The notes beneath the pieces were generated by a model. That model saw only the letters and a list, made by a program, of their open reading frames with translations. It was not told where the DNA came from and ran no database searches. The translations under genes were made by a program, and so were the position numbers. Of a stretch of DNA of 64,000 bases, positions 8,373 through 17,122 are shown in pieces; position 1 is the stretch's first letter; each line of letters opens with the position of its first letter. Source of the DNA: an uncultured archaeon (GTDB lineage Archaea > Hadarchaeota > Hadarchaeia > Hadarchaeales > Hadarchaeaceae); contig CAKZTQ010000015.1 of NCBI GenBank assembly GCA_937921735.1, positions 1 to 64,000 on the forward strand, read 5' to 3'.

Positions 8373-9557
8373 TTATTTAATGATATTTATCCCATATTTC
8401 TTCGCTATATCTTGGAACGCCTGAGCAAGATATCTGATTTGGTCCCAAGTCAAACCGTAGGTGTTCAATTTCCAAGTCCTCGTTGCTCCAGCGAATTCTC
8501 CAACGATTTTCCTATCCCTTAACTCGTCGCTGAAGAAGAACCCCCTCCTCTTATGTGTTCGAGCGATCTTATCGAAGCTTTCTGTCGTATCCACTTTTGT
8601 GAGCGTATGTTTTCTGGGCATCTCGCTTAATACCTTATTCCCTTCGATTTTCAGAAACTCGTCCATAAGGTAATTTATCTTTCTGACCTCCTCGTCCCAG
8701 TGCTTCACCCTTTCCTTGATAGCGGGGAAAGAAGCCATCATTGCGATCAGGTTGGCGCCCATCAATGTGCAACCGAGCATTTCAACTTCCTTAATACCGA
8801 ACTTTCTTTTCGTCACATCACCGATCATCTGAGTGGTCCTGAACACTATATCTGCCCATTCTTTGGTGCTCGCGACTATGCCGGAAGGCGCGGGAGAAGC
8901 AAAACTCTTGTGGCCGGAGCCGACCAAGAAATCTGCCCCTATTTCTTTCCCGTTAATGGGCATCACGCCTATAGAATAGGCACAGTTGCACAGAAATGGG
9001 ATGTCGTATTCCTTGGCGACTTTGGCGATTCCATAGACATCATGTTCATTCCCAAACATGTAGTCAAAGTGATCGATCATTATCAATTTTGGCAGCTTTC
9101 CGGTTTCCTTCTTAACCTCCTCTATTTTTCGAGCGGTCGCCTCAGCCGTGACAATATTTTTTTCATTCAACGGGACCTCCTTGACGATTCCACCTGCATC
9201 TTCAACAGCCAAGAATTCAGTATAGTGGGCGAGCGAGGAAACGATTACTGAATCCCCTTTTTCAACAAGCGAGGACACGACAGCTTGAAAGCCCCTCCTA
9301 GCCCCCGGAACAACCCTAGCTTGATCCATCCCCAAAAATTCTGCTAGCTCAATGTGAAATTCCTCGATCGGCGGCCTTTTGATCTTATCCAGCCTAAACG
9401 GTTTCCGGCACCAATCGCAGGTCGAGTACCCATCCCCGTAAGCGATCATCGCTTTCATAGCTTCTGGTGTGAGCCGCCCCCCTGGCTGAATGGGGTGAAT
9501 ATTTATAAATAGCTCCTCTCTCGCCCTAATTTCGATGTCATCTATGATATTTCTCAT
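8373..9557 (-). CDS. pscS: O-phosphoseryl-tRNA:Cys-tRNA synthase (SepCysS)
   Basis: INIHPIQPGGRL, GDGYSTCDWC (CxxC), AHYTE, SGHKS (PLP Lys), EMLGCT. Confidence 0.93.
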   Translation of the reverse strand: MRNIIDDIEIRAREELFINIHPIQPGGRLTPEAMKAMIAYGDGYSTCDWCRKPFRLDKIKRPPIEEFHIELAEFLGMDQARVVPGARRGFQAVVSSLVEKGDSVIVSSLAHYTEFLAVEDAGGIVKEVPLNEKNIVTAEATARKIEEVKKETGKLPKLIMIDHFDYMFGNEHDVYGIAKVAKEYDIPFLCNCAYSIGVMPINGKEIGADFLVGSGHKSFASPAPSGIVASTKEWADIVFRTTQMIGDVTKRKFGIKEVEMLGCTLMGANLIAMMASFPAIKERVKHWDEEVRKINYLMDEFLKIEGNKVLSEMPRKHTLTKVDTTESFDKIARTHKRRGFFFSDELRDRKIVGEFAGATRTWKLNTYGLTWDQIRYLAQAFQDIAKKYGINIIK

Positions 9558-9736
9558 CTTATCAGCTCCTTCTCAATGACATCCAAGCTTTGCCTCACGC
9601 TTTCAACTATTTCCCTCACTTTTTTCCTCTGCTCGTCGTTGAGCTTGTAAGTGGGTTTGGTCTCCCTGAAGATTTGTCTTAGATCCGTCAGAGCAAATAA
9701 TGCCTCGAAAATTTCTCGGACAGCTTTCTCGCTCAT
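9554..9736 (-). CDS. Small helical protein, probable truncated SepCysE N-terminal homolog
   Basis: 60 aa, two predicted helices, ATGA overlap with pscS, GAGGCG/GGTGAGG RBS; truncated SepCysE homologs are known to be coupled to SepCysS. Confidence 0.65.
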   Translation of the reverse strand: MSEKAVREIFEALFALTDLRQIFRETKPTYKLNDEQRKKVREIVESVRQSLDVIEKELIR

Positions 9737-9800
9737 AACGCCTCACCTTAATTTGGATATCGTTAGTTAACTATATCTATCATTTTGAAGCACCTATCTT

Positions 9801-9815
9801 TATAACAGCGTTATA
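9801..9815. promoter_or_regulatory. Palindromic operator TATAACAGCGTTATA (site 4), between the divergent SepCysS operon and editing-domain paralog 2
   Basis: Perfect 6-3-6 repeat abutting TTTATAAA (9816-9823). Confidence 0.8.
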
Positions 9816-9870
9816 TTTATAAAGCTTGTGGTACGTCTAAAAATTAGGTACGTAACAGGGGGAAAAAGCT

Positions 9871-10293
9871 ATGAAAATGTTACTTATTCATTGCGATTAC
9901 TTTTCGTATCTTACAACTACGCGGACGAAGTTGGCCGAGGAAATCGCCGGCGGATGTAAGAGCTGTGCTATTAAAGATGCATTAGTTATTTTTGTGACCG
10001 CCGAGAAATGCGACGCGGAAAATCCGAGCAAGGTAGTTTACAAAGGCATTGAGGAGATTACTGCCCACGCTAAACAGTTAGGCGTAAAAAACTTAGTCAT
10101 ATATCCATTTGTCCATTTATCCGAGCAGATAAGTGCTCCAGATGTTGCTGTGAGGATAATGAAAGAGCTTCACGAAGGACTCAGATCCTTAGGCTATTCG
10201 GTGGATAAGGCGCCATTCGGCTGGGAAAAAGTTTTCTCCCTAACTTCAAAAGGGCACCCACTGGCGGAGTCATCAAGGACCATTCGGCCATAA
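9871..10293 (+). CDS. Stand-alone archaeal ThrRS editing-domain protein, paralog 2
   Basis: MKMLLIHCDY...YPFVHLS...APFGWEK...KGHPLAESSRTI. Confidence 0.88.
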   Translation: MKMLLIHCDYFSYLTTTRTKLAEEIAGGCKSCAIKDALVIFVTAEKCDAENPSKVVYKGIEEITAHAKQLGVKNLVIYPFVHLSEQISAPDVAVRIMKELHEGLRSLGYSVDKAPFGWEKVFSLTSKGHPLAESSRTIRP

Positions 10294-10296
10294 TGA

Positions 10297-10587
10297 TCAT
10301 CCCCCAGCAACGGTGGGGATCAGCCTGACCTCGTCTCCGTCCTTCAATTTCGTGCCAAGTCCCTGAAGGTTGCGGATATCCCGCCCGTTGACAAATACGT
10401 TGATAAATCTACGGAGTTTGCCTGTCTTCTCGTCGATGACCCGCTTCTCGAATTGAGCTCCGTATCGACGGATGAGGGCCGCTAAGAGGTCGTTAACCGT
10501 TTCACCATTGACATCAATCGTCGCTGCATCCGCGTCGGTTACGTTTTTGATCATCGCGGAAAACTTTACGTTTACCTTTACCACCAC
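10297..10587 (-). CDS. MoaD/ThiS/SAMP ubiquitin-like sulfur carrier
   Basis: RRFINVFVNG...LKDGDEV...VAGG C-terminal diglycine; GTG start just after the upstream stop. Confidence 0.9.
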   Translation of the reverse strand: MVVKVNVKFSAMIKNVTDADAATIDVNGETVNDLLAALIRRYGAQFEKRVIDEKTGKLRRFINVFVNGRDIRNLQGLGTKLKDGDEVRLIPTVAGG

Positions 10588-10588
10588 A

Positions 10589-11854
10589 TCACGCCCCCTT
10601 AAACCATTTGACGCCAGGTGTGCATAACTTATTGGCAAGTTTTCTGAATTCCTCAATCGTTGGTGAGATTTTGTGAGATCTCTGAAGCCCGCCGGCGATG
10701 GCTTCTTGGGCCTTCAGACCGTTACCGGTGATTAAGAGCACCACTCGCTCATCATAGTCGATTTCGCCAGCTTCGATAAGTTGTTTTAACGTCGCCACAG
10801 CCACGCCACCGGCTGGCTCAGTATAGATACCCTCGGTCTTGGCGAGCAGCCTGACGCCTTCCAATATCTCATCATCGTTCGGCGCCCGGCCAGTGCCTTT
10901 GGTCGCACGGATCGCCTGCAATGCATAATACCCGTCGGCCGGGTCGCCTATTGCGAGTGACTTACATATCGTGTTTGGCGCCTCAACTGGGATTATCTCA
11001 TCAGAACCTTTCAGCAACGCCTGCACGATCGGCGAGCATCCTTCGGGCTGCGCAGCTGAAATTCGCGTGCTCCAATCATCAATAAGGCCTACCTCCTCGA
11101 GTTCTCTGAGGCCGCGCCAAATGGCGTGCAGGAGCGCCCCAGAGGCGGTGGGGACTATGACGTGATCAGGTGCCTGCCAGCCAAGTTGCTCGCAGACCTC
11201 AAATGCCAAGGTTTTCGAACCTTCAACATAGTACGGGCGAAGATTGATGTTTGCAAACGCAATGTTGCTAGTAAACGCGATCTCGGTCGCTAATCGATTC
11301 ACATCGTCATAGGTGCCATCGACGGTGATGAGATGCGCACCGTATGCGAGCGTTTGCGAGATCTTGGAGGCTTCCAAACCTTGCGGGATGAAGGCGAAAC
11401 AAGGCAATCTAGCTTTGGAGGCATGGGCAGCCATCGCTGCTGAGAGGTTTCCCGTTGAAACGCAGCCGACCGCAGGTGAGCCGAATTCGAGCGCTTTCGA
11501 TACTGCGACGCTAGCGGGCCTATCTTTAAATGAAAAAGTTGGGTTCACTGAGTCATTCTTGATGTAACATTCTTTAAGCCCAAGCTTTTCAGCGAGATTT
11601 TCCGCCTTCAATAGGCGTGTAAAACCGGCCCCAATATCGATTATTAAATCGGGATTGTTAATGGGCAAAAGCTCTTTGTACCGCCAAAGGGTTGACGGGC
11701 CGCTGGCAATCGACTCTCGAGATACATCGTTAGCTATTTTGTTATAATCATAAGTAACACTCAAAGGGCCGAAACACCGGCTACACGTAGATACCAATCC
11801 CAAGGGATAGCTCTTGCCACACTCCCTACACTTCAATTCGATCGCATAACTCAA
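10589..11854 (-). CDS. Threonine synthase-like fold-II PLP enzyme
   Basis: N-terminal CRECG..CSRC, LWRY, NPTFSFKDR, STGNL, EGSKT, ITGNGLK; start approximate (TTG 11854). Confidence 0.85.
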   Translation of the reverse strand: MSYAIELKCRECGKSYPLGLVSTCSRCFGPLSVTYDYNKIANDVSRESIASGPSTLWRYKELLPINNPDLIIDIGAGFTRLLKAENLAEKLGLKECYIKNDSVNPTFSFKDRPASVAVSKALEFGSPAVGCVSTGNLSAAMAAHASKARLPCFAFIPQGLEASKISQTLAYGAHLITVDGTYDDVNRLATEIAFTSNIAFANINLRPYYVEGSKTLAFEVCEQLGWQAPDHVIVPTASGALLHAIWRGLRELEEVGLIDDWSTRISAAQPEGCSPIVQALLKGSDEIIPVEAPNTICKSLAIGDPADGYYALQAIRATKGTGRAPNDDEILEGVRLLAKTEGIYTEPAGGVAVATLKQLIEAGEIDYDERVVLLITGNGLKAQEAIAGGLQRSHKISPTIEEFRKLANKLCTPGVKWFKGA

Positions 11855-11923
11855 GCCAACCCCTATCACCTTCTTTCGATGGTTATATTTAAAAATGTTT
11901 TCATTACTGATAGTTATAAAAAA

Positions 11924-11938
11924 TATAACACGGTTATT
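11924..11938. promoter_or_regulatory. Palindromic operator TATAACACGGTTATT (site 5), upstream of thrC-like-moaD
   Basis: One mismatch to consensus; extra GTTATA half-sites at 11882-11887 and 11913-11918. Confidence 0.7.
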
Positions 11939-11990
11939 TTTCACGGGTTTTGACCGGCCCGAGCGTATGAATATCTCCAAGCTTATATTA

Positions 11991-12177
11991 ACCCGCCAGT
12001 CGAGGTTCCTTACGTCCTTCCTTATCATTTGCCATGTTTCGCTCAAAACATGACAACGCTTCTTGCAAGTTCGGACACCCCCTTTTCGTTACGAAGTGTT
12101 CCTATGAGCTTTCGCTGGATCGCGAGTTCCCTGAGGGCCTATTCGGCCCTGTTGTTCGTGACTCGACCCCGGTGTGG
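11991..12177 (-). ncRNA. Candidate structured RNA or leader (unassigned)
   Basis: Several adjacent hairpins with G-U pairs and a GAAA loop favouring the minus strand; TATA-like element about 25 nt upstream. Confidence 0.35.
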
Positions 12178-12245
12178 TGACGAATGTACGTCAGATATAA
12201 ATTTTTAAAGGTTAGGTAATCCTCTGAACTCAAAGGGGAAGACAT

Positions 12246-13130
12246 ATGATCATAGTTCCTGGTCCCTCTTCTAAGGAACTGGGGCACAAAATCGCGCAGT
12301 TATTGAATGAGGAAATTATTTCTATCGAACAAAAAGTTTTCCCCGATGGCGAAAATTATCTCAGGTTTACTGGAGAAGTGGAAGGAGAAGAAGTAATAGT
12401 CGTTCAAACAATGGGACCCCCGCAGAACACTAGTTTAATACAGCTCCTTTTCATGCTTAGGACTTTGAAGGAACTAGGGGCCAAAAAGACCATAGCTATT
12501 GTCCCTTATTTTGCTTATGCTCGGCAAGATGAGAGATATCGCCCAGGTGAAGTCGTAAGTGCTAAAATCGTTATAGATTTGTTGGAAAAAGTCGGAGCCG
12601 ACAAGTTTATCACATTTGACATCCACAATTTAAAACTACTTAAATATTTTAAAATCGAAGCAATCAATCTTACTGCCATGCCGTTGATAGGCGAATTCTT
12701 TTCAAAATTTAAATTAAGGAAGCCATTTGTCCTCGCGCCCGATCAGGAGAACCCCAAAAGAGCTGAAATTGTGGCTAAAATTTTAGGTTGCGACTACAGT
12801 TGGCTAGATAAATTTAGGGATAGGGTAACTGGAGAGATCGAATCGAAAATACACGAAGACTTTGACGTTTCAGATAAAGATGTGATAATTGTCGACGATA
12901 TAATAAGTACTGGCAAAACCATAGTAAATGCGATTGAAATCCTAAAGAGAAAGGGAGCCAAAGATATTTACGTGGGATGTACTCATCCTGTTTTGGCCCC
13001 TGGAGCATTGGAAAGAATAACGAAAGCAGGGGCAAAAGTCATTGTCGCGACGGATTCGATTAGCTCAAACATAAGTAAGATTTCTTTAGCACCTTTGATC
13101 GCTGGCTACGTAAAGAAAGGGCAACTTTAG
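12246..13130 (+). CDS. prs: Ribose-phosphate pyrophosphokinase
   Basis: FPDGE, PYFAYARQD, DIH, IVDDIISTGKT. Confidence 0.95.
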   Translation: MIIVPGPSSKELGHKIAQLLNEEIISIEQKVFPDGENYLRFTGEVEGEEVIVVQTMGPPQNTSLIQLLFMLRTLKELGAKKTIAIVPYFAYARQDERYRPGEVVSAKIVIDLLEKVGADKFITFDIHNLKLLKYFKIEAINLTAMPLIGEFFSKFKLRKPFVLAPDQENPKRAEIVAKILGCDYSWLDKFRDRVTGEIESKIHEDFDVSDKDVIIVDDIISTGKTIVNAIEILKRKGAKDIYVGCTHPVLAPGALERITKAGAKVIVATDSISSNISKISLAPLIAGYVKKGQL

Positions 13131-13280
13131 CTGTTTTCCGTGCGAAGTTTTAGTAAACTAATTTACTCCGCCAATGCTTTCGAAAAACGGCTCTCATTGA
13201 GGTGTGACTTTACGCAGACCTTAACGTCAATACTTAGCCCATTTAAGAAGGCAAATAAAACTTGAATTGGACTTGAAGAT

Positions 13281-14057
13281 ATGATAGCACCAGTACTGAT
13301 GCTAATAGGCTTGTTCATCGCGACCATCTTTTCCATGGTCGGCTTGGGCGGCGGGGTCTTCATCGTGCCGATGCTCGTGCTCGGCTTCAAGCTCCCGACC
13401 CAGAGCGCCGTTGGGATAAGCTTAGCAACCATGACCTTCACCACCCTCTCGGCGACCATCGCGTACGCGCGCCAAGGAAGGATCAACTACAAGATCGGCG
13501 TGCTACTTGACATCCTCGACGTGCCGGGAGCGGTCGTCGGCGCATATGCGACGACGCTCATCGCCTCTAATTGGCTCGCGAGCTTGTTTGGGGTCCTGCT
13601 GATCGCGATCTCCGTCCTCATGTTCAGGAAGAAGGAGGTCGCTGGTCCATCCCCAAACGAGCCAACTGGGCGGTGGGGCATGTCCGCCCGCGTTGTGGCC
13701 CTCTGCCTGCTCGCGAGCCTCGCCAGCGGAGTGGTGGCGGGCATGTTCGGCGCGGGTGGGGGTACCGTCGACGAGTCGGTCATGATCCTGGCCCTCGGCA
13801 TGCCTGCCCACGCCGCGGCTGCCACCTCGATGTTCGGGATGGCCCTCACAAACTCAGCGGCGGCGATCTCCCACGGCGTGCTGGGCAACATCATGCCCGA
13901 GTACGCGATTCCCCTCGTAATCGGGGGCATAGCGGGGGCGCAACTGGGTCCACGGCTTTCCAAGCGGATGGCCGGTCGGACGCTCAGGAGGACCCTCGGG
14001 GTGATCTTCATCCTGATAGGCCTGCGGATGATCCTCATCCCTTACGTCGCGGCTTGA
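13281..14057 (+). CDS. TauE/SafE (TSUP) family sulfur-compound transporter
   Basis: GLGGGVFIVP and GAGGG repeats, about 8 hydrophobic segments. Confidence 0.88.
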   Translation: MIAPVLMLIGLFIATIFSMVGLGGGVFIVPMLVLGFKLPTQSAVGISLATMTFTTLSATIAYARQGRINYKIGVLLDILDVPGAVVGAYATTLIASNWLASLFGVLLIAISVLMFRKKEVAGPSPNEPTGRWGMSARVVALCLLASLASGVVAGMFGAGGGTVDESVMILALGMPAHAAAATSMFGMALTNSAAAISHGVLGNIMPEYAIPLVIGGIAGAQLGPRLSKRMAGRTLRRTLGVIFILIGLRMILIPYVAA

Positions 14058-14112
14058 GCTCGCTCGGGCTTTATAAGCGCCCGGGAGAAACCCGTCAACG
14101 GCAGGGGTCCCG

Positions 14113-15810
14113 ATGGAGCTCGACGAAATCGGCTCGCGAGCGCTACGATGGGCGCTCGCAAATGCCCTCGAGCACGAGGGCAAAGCTGACCTCAAGGCGG
14201 TCATCCGGAAACTCATGGCGGAGATGCCCGAGTTGCGCCCCCGAGCTAAGGAGGTCAGGCAAATCGTGGAGCAGGTCGTGGAGGAGGTGAACCGCCTCTC
14301 GCCAGCGGAGCAGCTGGCCAAGCTCGAGGAGCTCGGACCGCTTGAGGTCGTTCGCAAGAGGGAAGCGAAGGGCCTGCCCGAGTTGCCGGGCGTCGATAGA
14401 TATCCGAAGGTGGTGACGCGCTTCGCCCCCAACCCGAACGGGCCGCTGCACATAGGTCACGTTCGAGCGGCGCTGTTGAGCCATGAGTACGCTCGGATGT
14501 ACGGGGGTAAGTTCATCCTGCGCTTCGAGGACACCAACCCGGCAAACGCCGTGCTCGAGATGTACGACCTCATCAGGCGGGACCTACGATGGCTGGGCAT
14601 AGAATGGGACGAGGAGCACATGCAGTCGGATAGGCTGGAGATCTACTATAGATATGCCGAAGGGCTCATCTCCAGCGGCAAGGCATACGTCTGCACCTGT
14701 GATGCCCCATCTTTCAGGCGCCTCCGCGACCGAGGCGAGCCATGCCCCTGCCGGGAGCTGCCCGCGGACGAGCAGATAGGGCGCTGGAGGGGTATGCTCG
14801 GGGGCGAGTTCGGCGAGGAGAAGGCGGTGGTGAGGATCAAGACGGATTTGAGGCATCCCAACCCGGCGGTGCGCGATTGGCCGGCGCTCAGGGTGGTGAC
14901 GTCCCCCCATCCCAGGGTGGGCGAGAGATACAGGGTGTGGCCGCTGTACAACTTCTCCGTCGCCATCGACGACCACGAGATGGGGGTGACGCACGTCATA
15001 AGGGGCAAGGAGCATCTGGTCAACGAGATGAGGCAGAGGACGTTGTTCGAGCATCTCGGCTGGACCCCTCCTGAGGCGCTACAGTACGGCAGGCTTACGA
15101 TGGCGGGCGCGATGTTGAGCAAGACTCAAACCATAAGGGGCGTCAGGGAGGGGAAGTTTTTGGGCTACGATGACCCCCGCCTCGCGACCATAGCGGCGCT
15201 CAGGCGTAGGGGCTTCTCGCCCGAGGCGGTGAGGCAGGTGATCTTGGACCTAGGGCTCACGCCCGTGGATGCGGCGCTCAGCTGGGAGACGCTCTACGCT
15301 TACAATCGCAGGCTCATAGATGCCAAGGCGAACCGCTACTTCTTCGTCGCCTCTCCCGTGGAGCTCCTAGTCCGCGGTGTGCCCAGCATCGAAGAGGTAC
15401 GCCTGCGCCTGCACCCGAGCTATCCGGAGAGGGGTGAGCGCGTGCTCCCGCTGCTGAGAGAGGGCGACGTCCTAACCGCATACCTCGCCGGGGAGGATGC
15501 CTCGCACCTCGAGGTGGGGACCATCTTCCGCCTCAAGGACCTGATGAACGTGGAACTCAGGTCCAAAGGGCCCCCGCTGGAGGGGGACTTCCGGGGGCTG
15601 GAGCTCATGGACGTGCCCAAGCTGCAATGGGTGTCCGCGGGAGGGGTGGAGGTGGAGGTCTTGATGCCCGATGCCTCCCTCGTCCGCGGGCTGGCGGAGC
15701 CCGCCGTGGCTGGCCTCGGGATCGGCGAGGTGGTGCAGTTCGAGCGCTTCGGGTTCGTGAGGGTGGACTCGCTGCGGCCGAGGATCGCGGTGGTCTACGG
15801 CCATAGGTAA
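14113..15810 (+). CDS. gltX: Glutamyl-tRNA synthetase (archaeal)
   Basis: [31 protein letters not shown]. Confidence 0.96.
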   Translation: MELDEIGSRALRWALANALEHEGKADLKAVIRKLMAEMPELRPRAKEVRQIVEQVVEEVNRLSPAEQLAKLEELGPLEVVRKREAKGLPELPGVDRYPKVVTRFAPNPNGPLHIGHVRAALLSHEYARMYGGKFILRFEDTNPANAVLEMYDLIRRDLRWLGIEWDEEHMQSDRLEIYYRYAEGLISSGKAYVCTCDAPSFRRLRDRGEPCPCRELPADEQIGRWRGMLGGEFGEEKAVVRIKTDLRHPNPAVRDWPALRVVTSPHPRVGERYRVWPLYNFSVAIDDHEMGVTHVIRGKEHLVNEMRQRTLFEHLGWTPPEALQYGRLTMAGAMLSKTQTIRGVREGKFLGYDDPRLATIAALRRRGFSPEAVRQVILDLGLTPVDAALSWETLYAYNRRLIDAKANRYFFVASPVELLVRGVPSIEEVRLRLHPSYPERGERVLPLLREGDVLTAYLAGEDASHLEVGTIFRLKDLMNVELRSKGPPLEGDFRGLELMDVPKLQWVSAGGVEVEVLMPDASLVRGLAEPAVAGLGIGEVVQFERFGFVRVDSLRPRIAVVYGHR

Positions 15811-15892
15811 AATTAAATACCCCTCACCAACCAAAATCAATGAAAGCCATGGCACGGTGAATGATGAGGAAGATCCGAAGGAGGTGCCTACC

Positions 15893-16264
15893 GTGGCGAA
15901 ACCGATATACGTGAGGTTCGAGGTGCCCAAGGAGCTCGCGGACAGGGCGTACGAGGCGGTCGAGAGGGCGCGCGACACCGGCAAGCTCCGCAAGGGCACG
16001 AACGAGACGACCAAGGCGGTCGAGCGGAAGAAGGCCGCGCTCGTGGTGATAGCGGAGGACGTGGAGCCGGCCGAGATAGTCGCCCACCTGCCAGCGCTCT
16101 GCGAGGAGAAGGACGTGCCATACATATACGTGCCCAGCAAGCGCGAGCTGGGGGCGGCGGCGGGCATAGACGTCTCCGCCGCGGCGGTGGCGATAGCCGA
16201 GGCCGGAGAAGCCGAGGAGCTCGTGAAGGAAATCGTGGACAGGCTCAAGGAAATCAAGAAGTGA
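15893..16264 (+). CDS. rpl7ae: Ribosomal protein L7Ae
   Basis: [17 protein letters not shown]; GTG start after GGAGGTG RBS. Confidence 0.96.
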   Translation: MAKPIYVRFEVPKELADRAYEAVERARDTGKLRKGTNETTKAVERKKAALVVIAEDVEPAEIVAHLPALCEEKDVPYIYVPSKRELGAAAGIDVSAAAVAIAEAGEAEELVKEIVDRLKEIKK

Positions 16265-16269
16265 GGGGA

Positions 16270-16482
16270 ATGGAGGCGGAGCTAGGCATACCGGCGGAGG
16301 TCATAGAGATCCGCGGGCGGACGGGCATCACAGGCGAGATACTCCAGGTGAAGTGCAGGATACTTGAGGGCCGGGACAAGGGCAGGATCATCACCCGCAA
16401 CGTCAAGGGCCCCGTGAGGGTCGGCGATATCCTGATGCTCAGGGAGAGCGAGAGGGAGGCACGCGAGATAAAGGTGCCGTAG
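16270..16482 (+). CDS. rps28e: Ribosomal protein S28e
   Basis: GRTG...[15 protein letters not shown]. Confidence 0.96.
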   Translation: MEAELGIPAEVIEIRGRTGITGEILQVKCRILEGRDKGRIITRNVKGPVRVGDILMLRESEREAREIKVP

Positions 16483-16671
16483 ATGCCCGCCGCGCGGAAG
16501 TGCTCCTTTTGCGGTGGCAGGGTCGAGCCCGGGACGGGTTTGATGTTCGTCAAGCGCGACGGCACCATCCTGTTCTTCTGCTCGAGCAAGTGCGAGCGAA
16601 ACCATCGCCTAGGCAGGAAGCCGCATAAGGTTCGCTGGACCGAGCACTTCAGGAGGGCGAGGGGGAAGTAG
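16483..16671 (+). CDS. rpl24e: Ribosomal protein L24e
   Basis: CSFCG..PGTG..FCSSKC..WT. Confidence 0.96.
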   Translation: MPAARKCSFCGGRVEPGTGLMFVKRDGTILFFCSSKCERNHRLGRKPHKVRWTEHFRRARGK

Positions 16672-17106
16672 GTGGAGCGAACCTTCGTGATGATAAAACC
16701 TGACGCCACCTCGAGGGGTCTCATAGGGAAGGTCATCGCTAGGTTGGAGGAAGAGGGTCTCAGGGTAACGGCGATGAAGATGCTCCTCATCGATAAGGCT
16801 ACGGCGGAGCGACTATACGAGGTGCATAGGGGCAAGCCCTTCTACGATGGCTTGGTCGAGTACATCACGTCGGGGCCCGTGGTGGCGATGGTGCTCGAGG
16901 GCGAGGACGCGATCGCGAGGGTGAGGAGGGTGATAGGTGCGACCGATCCCTCGAAGGCGGAGCCGGGGACCATAAGGAGGGAGTTCGGGCTCGGCATACG
17001 GGAGAACGTCGTCCACGCCGCCGACTCGCCCGAGAACGCCAGGCGGGAGATCGGGATATTCTTCAAAGAATCGGAGATCCTCCCTTGGAAGGGTGACTTG
17101 GGGTAA
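16672..17106 (+). CDS. ndk: Nucleoside diphosphate kinase
   Basis: ERTFVMIKPD, PGTIR, NVVHAADS. Confidence 0.96.
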   Translation: MERTFVMIKPDATSRGLIGKVIARLEEEGLRVTAMKMLLIDKATAERLYEVHRGKPFYDGLVEYITSGPVVAMVLEGEDAIARVRRVIGATDPSKAEPGTIRREFGLGIRENVVHAADSPENARREIGIFFKESEILPWKGDLG

Positions 17107-17122
17107 AAATTGGTCAGGCAGT

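Noticed and set aside
2301-11938. Operator as a SurR site or just back-to-back TATA boxes
   Set aside because: SurR recognises GTT-N3-AAC, the opposite arm order; the conserved C/G positions and fixed 3-nt spacer are not explained by TATA boxes
11855-12046. Long N-terminal extension of the thrC-like ORF
   Set aside because: It runs through AT-rich promoter and operator DNA; homology begins at the CRECG zinc motif
2331-14057. Integrated mobile element at tRNA-Cys
   Set aside because: No integrase or transposase and no duplicate of the tRNA 3' end seen; related genes lie on both sides of the tRNA
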